DNA of 42,509 nucleotides from a virus (lineage: Duplodnaviria; Caudoviricetes), in the IMG/VR virus record IMGVR_UViG_3300037424_002202, positions 1 through 42,509 of that record. The stretch is one strand, 5' to 3'. A model generated the notes under the pieces. The model did not search any database and had not been told where the DNA came from. It saw only the letters and a list, made by a program, of their open reading frames with translations. The translations under genes and the position numbers were made by a program. Positions 35,523 to 42,509 of this stretch are shown here, piece by piece. Every line of letters starts with the position of its first letter. The first letter of the stretch is position 1.

Positions 35523-36821
35523 TTAGCTATGTAGAGCCTCGATAACGTACCCGTAATTCTTGAAGAGGAATTTACAATCCCAAAATGCATTCCAAGCAAT
35601 ACCCTTCACACGTCCGTAATCCCACATCTCCATGCCAAGCATATTAACGTTACGAATAATGCCCCAACAAATATGGCGCATACCAAAAATTGCAGTCTGC
35701 GTGTGCAGAATAATAGTCAACGTAGCAACGCCGTCAGAAGCCGCTCCGGAAACTGCAGCAGCATCAAATACAACATCATAACCAAGAAGCAGACCATCTT
35801 CATCCTTAACTTCAAGGGCGATATCGTAGGTTGTAAACTGCGTATCAGTAACCGTAGCAAGACCGCTCTGAACCGGTTTCTTCGTAGGATCGTTCGGATC
35901 TTCTCCTGCAGTAAACAGGGCAGCAGTACGAGTACCACTAACAGAACCGGAAAATGCCCACGAATCACCCGATGCAGTATAGGTAAGAGTAACGACCTCA
36001 CCCTCACAAAGAGTAGCTTCAAGCGTATAACCACTTGCACTTGCTACAACCACACCACCAGTAGCACCAGTAATACCAACTGAAGAATAAGCCTTCATTG
36101 GAACGTATGCCGATTCTACAAAACGAGTACGATTGTAAAGGCCAACCTCACCTTTGTACAAAGCACCGCCAACAGCCAACGCATAAGCGTTAGTGCCAAC
36201 GAGATCCTGTACAATATCCGTCTTTCCGTACGGATGAATAAAGCTGACATAAGCCTCTCCAGGCCATTTCATGGCTTCATTCTTCTCAAGACGCTCGACT
36301 ACGAAATCGATGTCAACAGAATCGAGGTCAGCCGCAACTGAAGCCTGTGCAGAAACACCGTTCGCAAACCGACGATTAGCCGTTGCACCAAACATTACGT
36401 CACGAATCTTGAAATTCTCAGTCTTAAGAGCCTGACGAGCCAAAAGCTCCTTCATCAGATTATCAAGCTCAGTCTGAGACGTAAGATTCGAATATTCGGT
36501 CATCTGAAGCTCATCACCATGTTCAGTGGGCGTAAGCGTTACGTACGCACCCTGAATGCTTTGTCCAGAACCGCGAAGAACTTTGCTCTGGTCAAGAGCC
36601 TGGGCTTTGCGCAGATCACCAATCTTAGGAATATGGACACGATCACCGGGATTTTTGCCCAATTCCTCTTTTACCACTACGAAATCACGGAAACGAGTAT
36701 AGCCAAGCTCAAGCGTCTTAAGCTCGATCTCCTTACTAAAAATTTCCGGCACTAACTTTGCGGCTGAAAATGCGGCCTGCAAATTTGGTGCATCAAATTG
36801 ATTAGCCAAACTACTCGGCAT
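35523..36821 (-). CDS. Major capsid protein (HK97 fold, N4-gp56-like) with an inserted domain
   Basis: PEIFSKEI, GDRVHIP....L, YVSFIHP...D, GEVG....RFVES, DYGR..GIAW; follows the scaffold. Confidence 0.9.
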   Translation of the reverse strand: MPSSLANQFDAPNLQAAFSAAKLVPEIFSKEIELKTLELGYTRFRDFVVVKEELGKNPGDRVHIPKIGDLRKAQALDQSKVLRGSGQSIQGAYVTLTPTEHGDELQMTEYSNLTSQTELDNLMKELLARQALKTENFKIRDVMFGATANRRFANGVSAQASVAADLDSVDIDFVVERLEKNEAMKWPGEAYVSFIHPYGKTDIVQDLVGTNAYALAVGGALYKGEVGLYNRTRFVESAYVPMKAYSSVGITGATGGVVVASASGYTLEATLCEGEVVTLTYTASGDSWAFSGSVSGTRTAALFTAGEDPNDPTKKPVQSGLATVTDTQFTTYDIALEVKDEDGLLLGYDVVFDAAAVSGAASDGVATLTIILHTQTAIFGMRHICWGIIRNVNMLGMEMWDYGRVKGIAWNAFWDCKFLFKNYGYVIEALHS

Positions 36822-36849
36822 AATTTATTTCTCCTAAAAATCTAAAAGT

Positions 36850-37578
36850 TTACTTAACCTTGCCTTCATCCAACTGTTTCTGGATAACGGCACGATTGTT
36901 TTTGTATTCAGCAAGTGACATGGCAGCGATTTCTATACGAGTATAAACGTGTTCATCTTTGCCAGCACCTTCTGTGGGTTTACCAACTGTTTTCAAACGC
37001 TCTTCGGTCTCTTTGGCCGTTTTTTCGGATGCCAGTGCAATTGCAGAGTTTAGATCATCCTGGGTAAACTTTGAGCTTTGCAACTTAAAGTCTTCTAAGA
37101 CAGTCTGTGCAGATGTCTTAATCGATTCAGGATTTTCTCCTACAATGTACTTAACGTAATTATAGGGCAAACCCATCGAAGCAGCAGTCTGAACCTTCAA
37201 AAGCTCTACTTGTGCCGCCTGTGCTTCCTTCGTTTGAACAGTCAACATGTTACGCATTTCGTCAATCTGAGATGTGATCCTTGCGCTTTCCTCAGCACTC
37301 AGATTATGTTTATCAGAAAGTTGTGTCCTCAATGAATTGATTTCTTCAGTAAGCTTTGACCGATCGGTTTCAGACTTACCCGCAAGCGCAACCAAACTAT
37401 CATTGAGTTTCTTATAAGTCGGTGTCATAGTAACATCAAAAGCAGCATCCACTACAAAATCGCCTTCGCGCCGAAATTTCTTGCCTAAAGCAAGGGGATC
37501 AATTTCCGGTTTTGCGTCTGGTACAGGCGGATTAGTCGGCGGCTCTTGTGCAACTGGATCCTTTTTGTCGTCTGACAT
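36850..37578 (-). CDS. Capsid scaffolding protein
   Basis: Coiled coil, GLP..G...E.I..SA, C-terminal I.AMS..EY...R..I; directly upstream of the capsid gene. Confidence 0.82.
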   Translation of the reverse strand: MSDDKKDPVAQEPPTNPPVPDAKPEIDPLALGKKFRREGDFVVDAAFDVTMTPTYKKLNDSLVALAGKSETDRSKLTEEINSLRTQLSDKHNLSAEESARITSQIDEMRNMLTVQTKEAQAAQVELLKVQTAASMGLPYNYVKYIVGENPESIKTSAQTVLEDFKLQSSKFTQDDLNSAIALASEKTAKETEERLKTVGKPTEGAGKDEHVYTRIEIAAMSLAEYKNNRAVIQKQLDEGKVK

Positions 37579-37609
37579 AACTTTCTTCTCCTAATTAGTT
37601 ATACGGTAT

Positions 37610-38284
37610 TTAAATTAATTGTACCTTCATAGATGCTGCTATCAGCACCCTACGAGATATTTTGCTCATTTTACCCGTTTTCTCAAGACCGAAATCTTCC
37701 TGAAAACGAGCAAATAGTGTTTCAAAATCAATATTATTCATAGCCTTCGGTATCTTGTACCCCAACATTGATAATACCTGTTTCACATCAGATATAGATA
37801 TTACAGTATCCCACAATTCCTGAAATTGTAACTCTATTGTTTTTTCAATGGTTGAATCTATATCGCAAAAATCAAAATGCCACATCGCAGACTCTTTATG
37901 CCGCCATCCAAATTTTACCAAATCGGCACGTAATTTCTTTAAAGAATACGACTTTTGTGAACAACGAAATTGAGCAAATATTCTATTCATATGCAAATCA
38001 AAAGACAAACCAAAATTATGGCCAGAGAATCCAGGCAAAGCGGCGTATTTACCCATATGCTGTCTAATAGACGCCTGCTCAGTAGCATCTCTAAACATAT
38101 CCTGGAAATACAAATCCACATCATACTTATCTTTAAAATATCTAACCGCATCAAGACAGGCTTGGGCAGCATTTGGCTGCAATATGGCTTTTGATGGAAT
38201 CAAATACCCATCTGTATCACATAGATTTGCCTTCGTTCTCGTAGACGCAAATACTTTAACTGGAGAAACTTGTAAAACAAGCAT
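37610..38284 (-). CDS. Endolysin: M15 (VanY-like) peptidase with C-terminal peptidoglycan-binding domain
   Basis: FR...EQ, AA.PG.SGHNFGLSFD, WHFDF; LGY..FQ..FGL..TG. Confidence 0.87.
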   Translation of the reverse strand: MLVLQVSPVKVFASTRTKANLCDTDGYLIPSKAILQPNAAQACLDAVRYFKDKYDVDLYFQDMFRDATEQASIRQHMGKYAALPGFSGHNFGLSFDLHMNRIFAQFRCSQKSYSLKKLRADLVKFGWRHKESAMWHFDFCDIDSTIEKTIELQFQELWDTVISISDVKQVLSMLGYKIPKAMNNIDFETLFARFQEDFGLEKTGKMSKISRRVLIAASMKVQLI

Positions 38285-38285
38285 A

Positions 38286-38621
38286 CTATAGGGCTACTGA
38301 ATTGTTGCCCGACAATAACGCGCCTTTATGTTCCTCAGCCACAAGCCCAATCCAACAATGGGCTTGTGCCGATGTAGAAACCTTTAATCCCAGAACATCA
38401 GTATCGGACAAACACATTTCACGGGAATAATCATTAGCAACTTTCAATGTCAAGAGAGTAGTGCTATTCCCAAGCTTTAAAGTAATGGATTCCTGACTTG
38501 TGCCGGACGACCTGTCAAAAATAATTGACCGAATTTTAGCTTTATCGTGTTGAATTAGCACCACAAAATCAGTTTGATTAACCGCTACCTCTACCCACCG
38601 AACATTTAAAGATTTTCCCAT
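38286..38621 (-). CDS. Hypothetical protein
   Basis: 111 aa, beta-rich, between holin-like gene and endolysin. Confidence 0.7.
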   Translation of the reverse strand: MGKSLNVRWVEVAVNQTDFVVLIQHDKAKIRSIIFDRSSGTSQESITLKLGNSTTLLTLKVANDYSREMCLSDTDVLGLKVSTSAQAHCWIGLVAEEHKGALLSGNNSVAL

Positions 38622-38927
38622 TTAATGACCTATTACCTTTGATAAAATTTTAGTTGCAAATGCAATAACAAGACTACCCACTGCTATAATCGTGGTAGTA
38701 ACCCATTTGATTGTCTTAATTAAGGAATCCACACGACCCTGCTGGACCTCTATTACATTCACTCTACCAAATAAATTGTCAAGCAACGGGGCATGTTTTT
38801 CTAAAGCCATATCTGCCCCACGAGATGCGGCAACCTCAAGCAAAATTGGCATATTGGCTTTTAGATCTTCCAATGACTGATGCGTAGAGGCTAATTTATC
38901 GCGATCTTCATTAGTGAATTCGTTCAT
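38622..38927 (-). CDS. Putative holin-like protein (coiled coil plus one C-terminal TM)
   Basis: XhlA-like architecture near the endolysin. Confidence 0.55.
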   Translation of the reverse strand: MNEFTNEDRDKLASTHQSLEDLKANMPILLEVAASRGADMALEKHAPLLDNLFGRVNVIEVQQGRVDSLIKTIKWVTTTIIAVGSLVIAFATKILSKVIGH

Positions 38928-38955
38928 ATGTCTATCCTATACTTTTGAATACACA

Positions 38956-38979
38956 AAGGGCGTCCATATGGACGCCCTT
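38956..38979 (-). terminator. Terminator-like perfect 24-bp palindrome after the purZ-like gene
   Basis: AAGGGCGTCCATATGGACGCCCTT then TGTGTATT. Confidence 0.7.
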
Positions 38980-39013
38980 AACAATAATTAGGTAAGTAAA
39001 TTTATAGTATTAT

Positions 39014-40129
39014 TTACGCGGGATCACCGGCCAACAATGTCTCCGGCACACGCAAATATTTACTATATTTCTTCGGAACTACCGTCAATTCTGTGAATTC
39101 AGGTCCAGTGCCAATAAATCCAACGCGAACGCCGGTCACTCTTTGAATCTGATGAACAAACGCTTGCGTATTGGGAGTAAGCTGGTAAAAATTCTTCTTA
39201 CCCTTATTAGCATAATCTATATAATCGAGAGCAACAATAGCAAGCTGTGTCGGTCGATTAATCATACAAGCACGTTTTACCATTTCAAAATCAAAACGAC
39301 CAACGCGCCGAACCTTCTTAGTCACAGAAGTCATTTCAGTCAAATCGTGCGGATACCCACTTTCCTTGGTTACCTGTTCCCAAGTCATTTCATCCTGAAT
39401 TGGTCCAGCCTGAGTACCCGATACTCGAATCGGGAAAGCTCTCATGACCAACACCACATCGGTTACGAGACGCGGACTTAGCCCGGACTCACTAACAAAG
39501 GCTGATGTTCCAGTATCCCTTGATGTGGTGCATGGATAAAACGGGCTGTGGTATAGTGAAAGACCAAAACCCTGAGTACCTTCAATTAACACATTTTCGC
39601 CCTGATCAACGGCATCATTCAAAATCTTAGCCGTATCCGCAAGCATTGATTCCCAAGGCAGCCCCTCAACCGACACATCCTTAGCCAACTTTACATCCTT
39701 GGAGCGCATGATTCTACGAGCAGACGCCGCACCAACACCACTCTGCGTCGACGAAATCTTATCAAACATGCTATTACCGGCCTCAAGATCAATATCCTGC
39801 TGCTCAATCATCATAGCGTTTCGATCAACAAGAATGCGGGAAGGGCTAATGCCAAGCTTTTCAATTTCAAGCTTCAAAATGTCGGGATTGATCAACGAAC
39901 CAGCAGGAAGCACAAGCATTACATCCTTGTCTACCACACCAGCCATTGAAAGCTGACGAGCCGACAACACACTACCATCAGCAAAAGTCAAAGAATGCCC
40001 GGCATTGGTGCCACCACAACGCACCGAATATTTGACCTTATTATCAATCACCAACTTAGCGGCCACACGACCCTTACCCTCAGAACCATATTGACCGCCT
40101 GAAACCACGAACACACGTCCTTTAGACAT
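39014..40129 (-). CDS. purZ: Adenylosuccinate synthetase family protein with PurZ/PurZ0 signature (candidate 2-aminoadenine pathway enzyme)
   Basis: GGQYGSEGKG (Ser16 where PurA has Asp), NAGH, EGTQG, YP.TTSRD, RAFPIRV, TSVTKKVRRVG; 371 aa. Confidence 0.82.
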   Translation of the reverse strand: MSKGRVFVVSGGQYGSEGKGRVAAKLVIDNKVKYSVRCGGTNAGHSLTFADGSVLSARQLSMAGVVDKDVMLVLPAGSLINPDILKLEIEKLGISPSRILVDRNAMMIEQQDIDLEAGNSMFDKISSTQSGVGAASARRIMRSKDVKLAKDVSVEGLPWESMLADTAKILNDAVDQGENVLIEGTQGFGLSLYHSPFYPCTTSRDTGTSAFVSESGLSPRLVTDVVLVMRAFPIRVSGTQAGPIQDEMTWEQVTKESGYPHDLTEMTSVTKKVRRVGRFDFEMVKRACMINRPTQLAIVALDYIDYANKGKKNFYQLTPNTQAFVHQIQRVTGVRVGFIGTGPEFTELTVVPKKYSKYLRVPETLLAGDPA

Positions 40130-40210
40130 ATTTATTATCTCCTTTAATTGTATTGGGGGGATGAAATCTAATCATTAATATTTATACCCACCAGGAATTA
40201 TATAATTTAA

Positions 40211-41275
40211 TTACGCAACCAAACTACCAAATTTTTGCCATGTGGGTACAGCAAATCCATTAGCAACAACATCTTTTATTCTACCAACAAAAGCATTGGT
40301 GGCTGCTTTATCCCTAATGCCTCTATATTCAGTAAGCATATCGTCTATATTATCTCGTACCAAATCCCAATTAGAAGATTTCTCGGACCATCCTAATTTG
40401 GACAACCATTTTTTGAAGGCGATTTCGGTTTGTGGTGCTAATTTGTTTAACACAGAGCTTTTGGCTGAAGTAACTGATGGACTCAATATATCATTATTAT
40501 CTAATAAAGAAACACCAGAAACTTTACTATTTTTAAATTGTAAGGCATAGTTGCCCTCGTGTCTATCGGTGGCATTGAATAAAACGTCTAAAAAATTCCA
40601 ATCTTTACCTTGTTTCGTTCCTTTAATGAACAAATTAACCTGATTATTTAAAATACCCGATTCTACTCTAATTGACGACGCTACTGGTAAAACCGAATAT
40701 TCTTGTATTAAAGCATTTCCCGATAATTTAACCACTTTCGGGGCAATATCTATGCCTAAATCACGAGCAACATCAGAAAACAACAATTCATTGCCTATTT
40801 GTTCTTCGGCCAAAACCTGTCGTGCACCTGCATAAGTTTTTTGTACCACTCGTGTACCATCAGGTAATTCCATCAACGACGTAAGTCTTTGCCTACCGCC
40901 CGACAAATCAGAAAGTTTCGTTAATGGTTCTGTGGTAACTTTTTTCGCCCATTGAGTATATGATAATGTCTGTTGTGGAACCAAATCCTGCAAACCCCTA
41001 AAATCCTCTTTCGTTAAGGTTTGTAAGAATTCCCGTTCATACAGAAGTGGATTATTGCCTTTTGAAACAAAAGGAATTCCTTTTTTAATGGTCCAATTTT
41101 TGTATTTAAAACCAAGAAGAACATCCCCGCGTCCAGGAACAAATTTAGTATCTATTGTAATAGTACCGAAATCTGTCTTAATAAGTTTATCTTCAAATGG
41201 ACGAGCAACGGCTTTTGCATCAAGCTTTACTTGATTTATCTGATTTCCCAAACCCTCTATACATTTACCGGCCAT
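40211..41275 (-). CDS. Atypical kinase-fold protein (HipA / PI3-PI4 kinase-like)
   Basis: VVQK, NE.L...VA..LGI..AP.V, D.LFN.TDRH.GN, LLDN. Confidence 0.8.
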   Translation of the reverse strand: MAGKCIEGLGNQINQVKLDAKAVARPFEDKLIKTDFGTITIDTKFVPGRGDVLLGFKYKNWTIKKGIPFVSKGNNPLLYEREFLQTLTKEDFRGLQDLVPQQTLSYTQWAKKVTTEPLTKLSDLSGGRQRLTSLMELPDGTRVVQKTYAGARQVLAEEQIGNELLFSDVARDLGIDIAPKVVKLSGNALIQEYSVLPVASSIRVESGILNNQVNLFIKGTKQGKDWNFLDVLFNATDRHEGNYALQFKNSKVSGVSLLDNNDILSPSVTSAKSSVLNKLAPQTEIAFKKWLSKLGWSEKSSNWDLVRDNIDDMLTEYRGIRDKAATNAFVGRIKDVVANGFAVPTWQKFGSLVA

Positions 41276-41516
41276 GTAGCCAACGGTCTTTTAATTCGTC
41301 AATTCTCATTAATTTACTCTTGCAATCATTACACCATAAAGATTCTGGAATTTCACTCTTTATAAAAGCATTAGAATATCCACGTAATTGGGATATGGCT
41401 ACTTTGCCGCCTTCACACGCTGCAATCAACGTCATCAACCGCAACAAACATTGAAATTGGGAATCGTTTAAGACACCAGACACCGCTCCTATGCTCCTTT
41501 TTCTTTTTGTACCCAA
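41265..41516 (-). CDS. Hypothetical protein with CEG..EIP..WCxxC motif
   Basis: TTG start with AAGGAG-like context uncertain; stop overlaps the kinase start. Confidence 0.7.
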   Translation of the reverse strand: MGTKRKRSIGAVSGVLNDSQFQCLLRLMTLIAACEGGKVAISQLRGYSNAFIKSEIPESLWCNDCKSKLMRIDELKDRWLHGR

Positions 41517-41539
41517 TAACGAAAAGGAGTGGGACCATT

Positions 41540-41950
41540 TTAGTGCGTTTCTCCTGTAATCATTCGTTTAATCGAATCTTTAACAACAATGGGATCAGAA
41601 CCAATACCAAGCAATGCTTTAGCCGTTTGCATTATTATTAGGTAATGCGCCCCTATCGGCTTTTCTACCATTGCTCTATATCTATCTTCATTCATTACCA
41701 CATTATGAAACGTCTTCGAAACCCTAAAAACTCCGTCTTTAGCGTATATCTTAGTTGGTATGACTTGGGCAGTCTTTTGTGGATTTTGATTTACGCCGGA
41801 CCAACCAAATTCTTCCTTGGTTGCCATCACATGGGCCAAATACAAAGCTTCGCCTTTGGCCTCTTGCTCTGGCATTTTGTGCTTGCGATTTATTACGAAA
41901 TAAATAATCGCAAGGGCTTGTAATTCAACGTAATCAACCTTTTCCAGCAA
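41540..41950 (-). CDS. Hypothetical protein (start uncertain)
   Basis: TTG at 41950 has an AGAGGA RBS; alternative ATG at 41875. Confidence 0.65.
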   Translation of the reverse strand: MLEKVDYVELQALAIIYFVINRKHKMPEQEAKGEALYLAHVMATKEEFGWSGVNQNPQKTAQVIPTKIYAKDGVFRVSKTFHNVVMNEDRYRAMVEKPIGAHYLIIMQTAKALLGIGSDPIVVKDSIKRMITGETH

Positions 41951-42206
41951 AAGGGTATGTCCTCTCAAATCCTTCCTCAGGGAGCATTGCCAATTCGGAT
42001 ACACGCTGTTGAATAACCTGCTCAATTCTACTAAAAGAAGCGTCCTTTTCCACTCTCGCCGTGTCATATTTAATACACATATCTAAATAAACACGACGCG
42101 CCTCTTTCTCATCCACATCAAGCCACTTAGCCAGCAATTTAATGGTATTAATTCTGGCTACCGCATCACGATTAGCCTTAAATTTCGCATCAAACATCTG
42201 GGGCAT
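41934..42206 (-). CDS. Hypothetical protein
   Basis: Likely start MPQMFD with AGAGGAG RBS. Confidence 0.75.
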   Translation of the reverse strand: MPQMFDAKFKANRDAVARINTIKLLAKWLDVDEKEARRVYLDMCIKYDTARVEKDASFSRIEQVIQQRVSELAMLPEEGFERTYPFAGKG

Positions 42207-42420
42207 TTGCTGTCTCCTCTTTCTTAATGCGATATACAATATTATTATGTGGGAAAGCCATTGATCCAAGCTCCGCCCGACGATTAATAAGACCACGCCG
42301 CGCAAGAGAATCAAGAGTGCTTAATGATTCTTGCAAACTATAAGAGCTTCGCCATTTATCCGGCGTTTCTTTGAGCTTGTCTAATGCTCGTTGCTGTGTG
42401 GACGACAGAGCCTTGTTCAT
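42190..42420 (-). CDS. Small hypothetical protein (winged-helix-like)
   Basis: LS..QQ.AL..L and TL.SL.RRGLI pattern. Confidence 0.7.
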   Translation of the reverse strand: MNKALSSTQQRALDKLKETPDKWRSSYSLQESLSTLDSLARRGLINRRAELGSMAFPHNNIVYRIKKEETANAPDV

Positions 42421-42509
42421 ATAATACCGTGCTCTTTCAAAAACCGATAAAAAGATTTTCGCCGAGAGGCTTTTTTTCGAATTTTAACGTCTATCTTCTC
42501 TAATTCTAA

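Larger units (their letters stand above)
1..42509 (-). mobile_element. Segment of a contractile-tailed (myovirus-type) phage genome
   Basis: Capsid, scaffold, sheath, tube, tape measure, baseplate, lysis and replication genes, all co-oriented on the minus strand; no host housekeeping context. Confidence 0.97.

Noticed and set aside
39014-40129. Ordinary host-derived purA auxiliary gene
   Set aside because: Catalytic Asp is Ser, TRV is IRV, and the protein is shorter than bacterial PurA; not fully excluded without an assay
30956-40186. T4-type late promoters (TATAAATA near 30956 and 40179)
   Set aside because: Only two intergenic minus-strand hits noticed in AT-rich DNA, and no gp55-like sigma or sliding clamp is visible
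411-41923. All plus-strand ORFs in the track
   Set aside because: They are antisense shadows of well-supported minus-strand genes and show no recognisable motifs
1-42509. Stop-codon reassignment, introns or inteins
   Set aside because: Core genes are full length in the standard code, TAG/TGA/TAA all end genes at overlaps, and no intein or intron-split gene was evident

Overview
The whole 42.5 kb window is part of a tailed dsDNA phage genome (or prophage) with a contractile tail. Every credible gene is on the minus strand, tightly packed with TAATG/ATGA overlaps, in the standard code. In transcription order (right to left): small hypotheticals; a HipA/PI3K-like kinase; a short adenylosuccinate-synthetase homolog with the PurZ/PurZ0 substitutions (Ser for the catalytic Asp, PIRV motif), suggesting a 2-aminoadenine (Z) genome; holin-like gene and M15 endolysin; scaffold and N4-gp56-like major capsid protein; neck genes; a tail module resembling extracellular contractile injection systems (eCIS); SNF2 helicase, degenerate DnaC, DnaB and a stand-alone CHC2 zinc finger; an accessory region with two duplicated sigma-54-like promoter/enhancer cassettes and several structured intergenic elements; a methyltransferase, ECF sigma and AAA ATPase; and a family A DNA polymerase (cut by the window edge) with an unusual Tyr-to-Thr change in motif B. 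Five endonuclease-VII-type homing endonuclease genes are interspersed, one broken by an internal deletion. Also seen: a -1 frameshift site in the tail chaperone and a candidate sigma-54-driven ~65-nt small RNA. No tRNA, rRNA, CRISPR array, integrase, terminase or portal was seen. All family assignments come from motif recognition by eye, not database searches.
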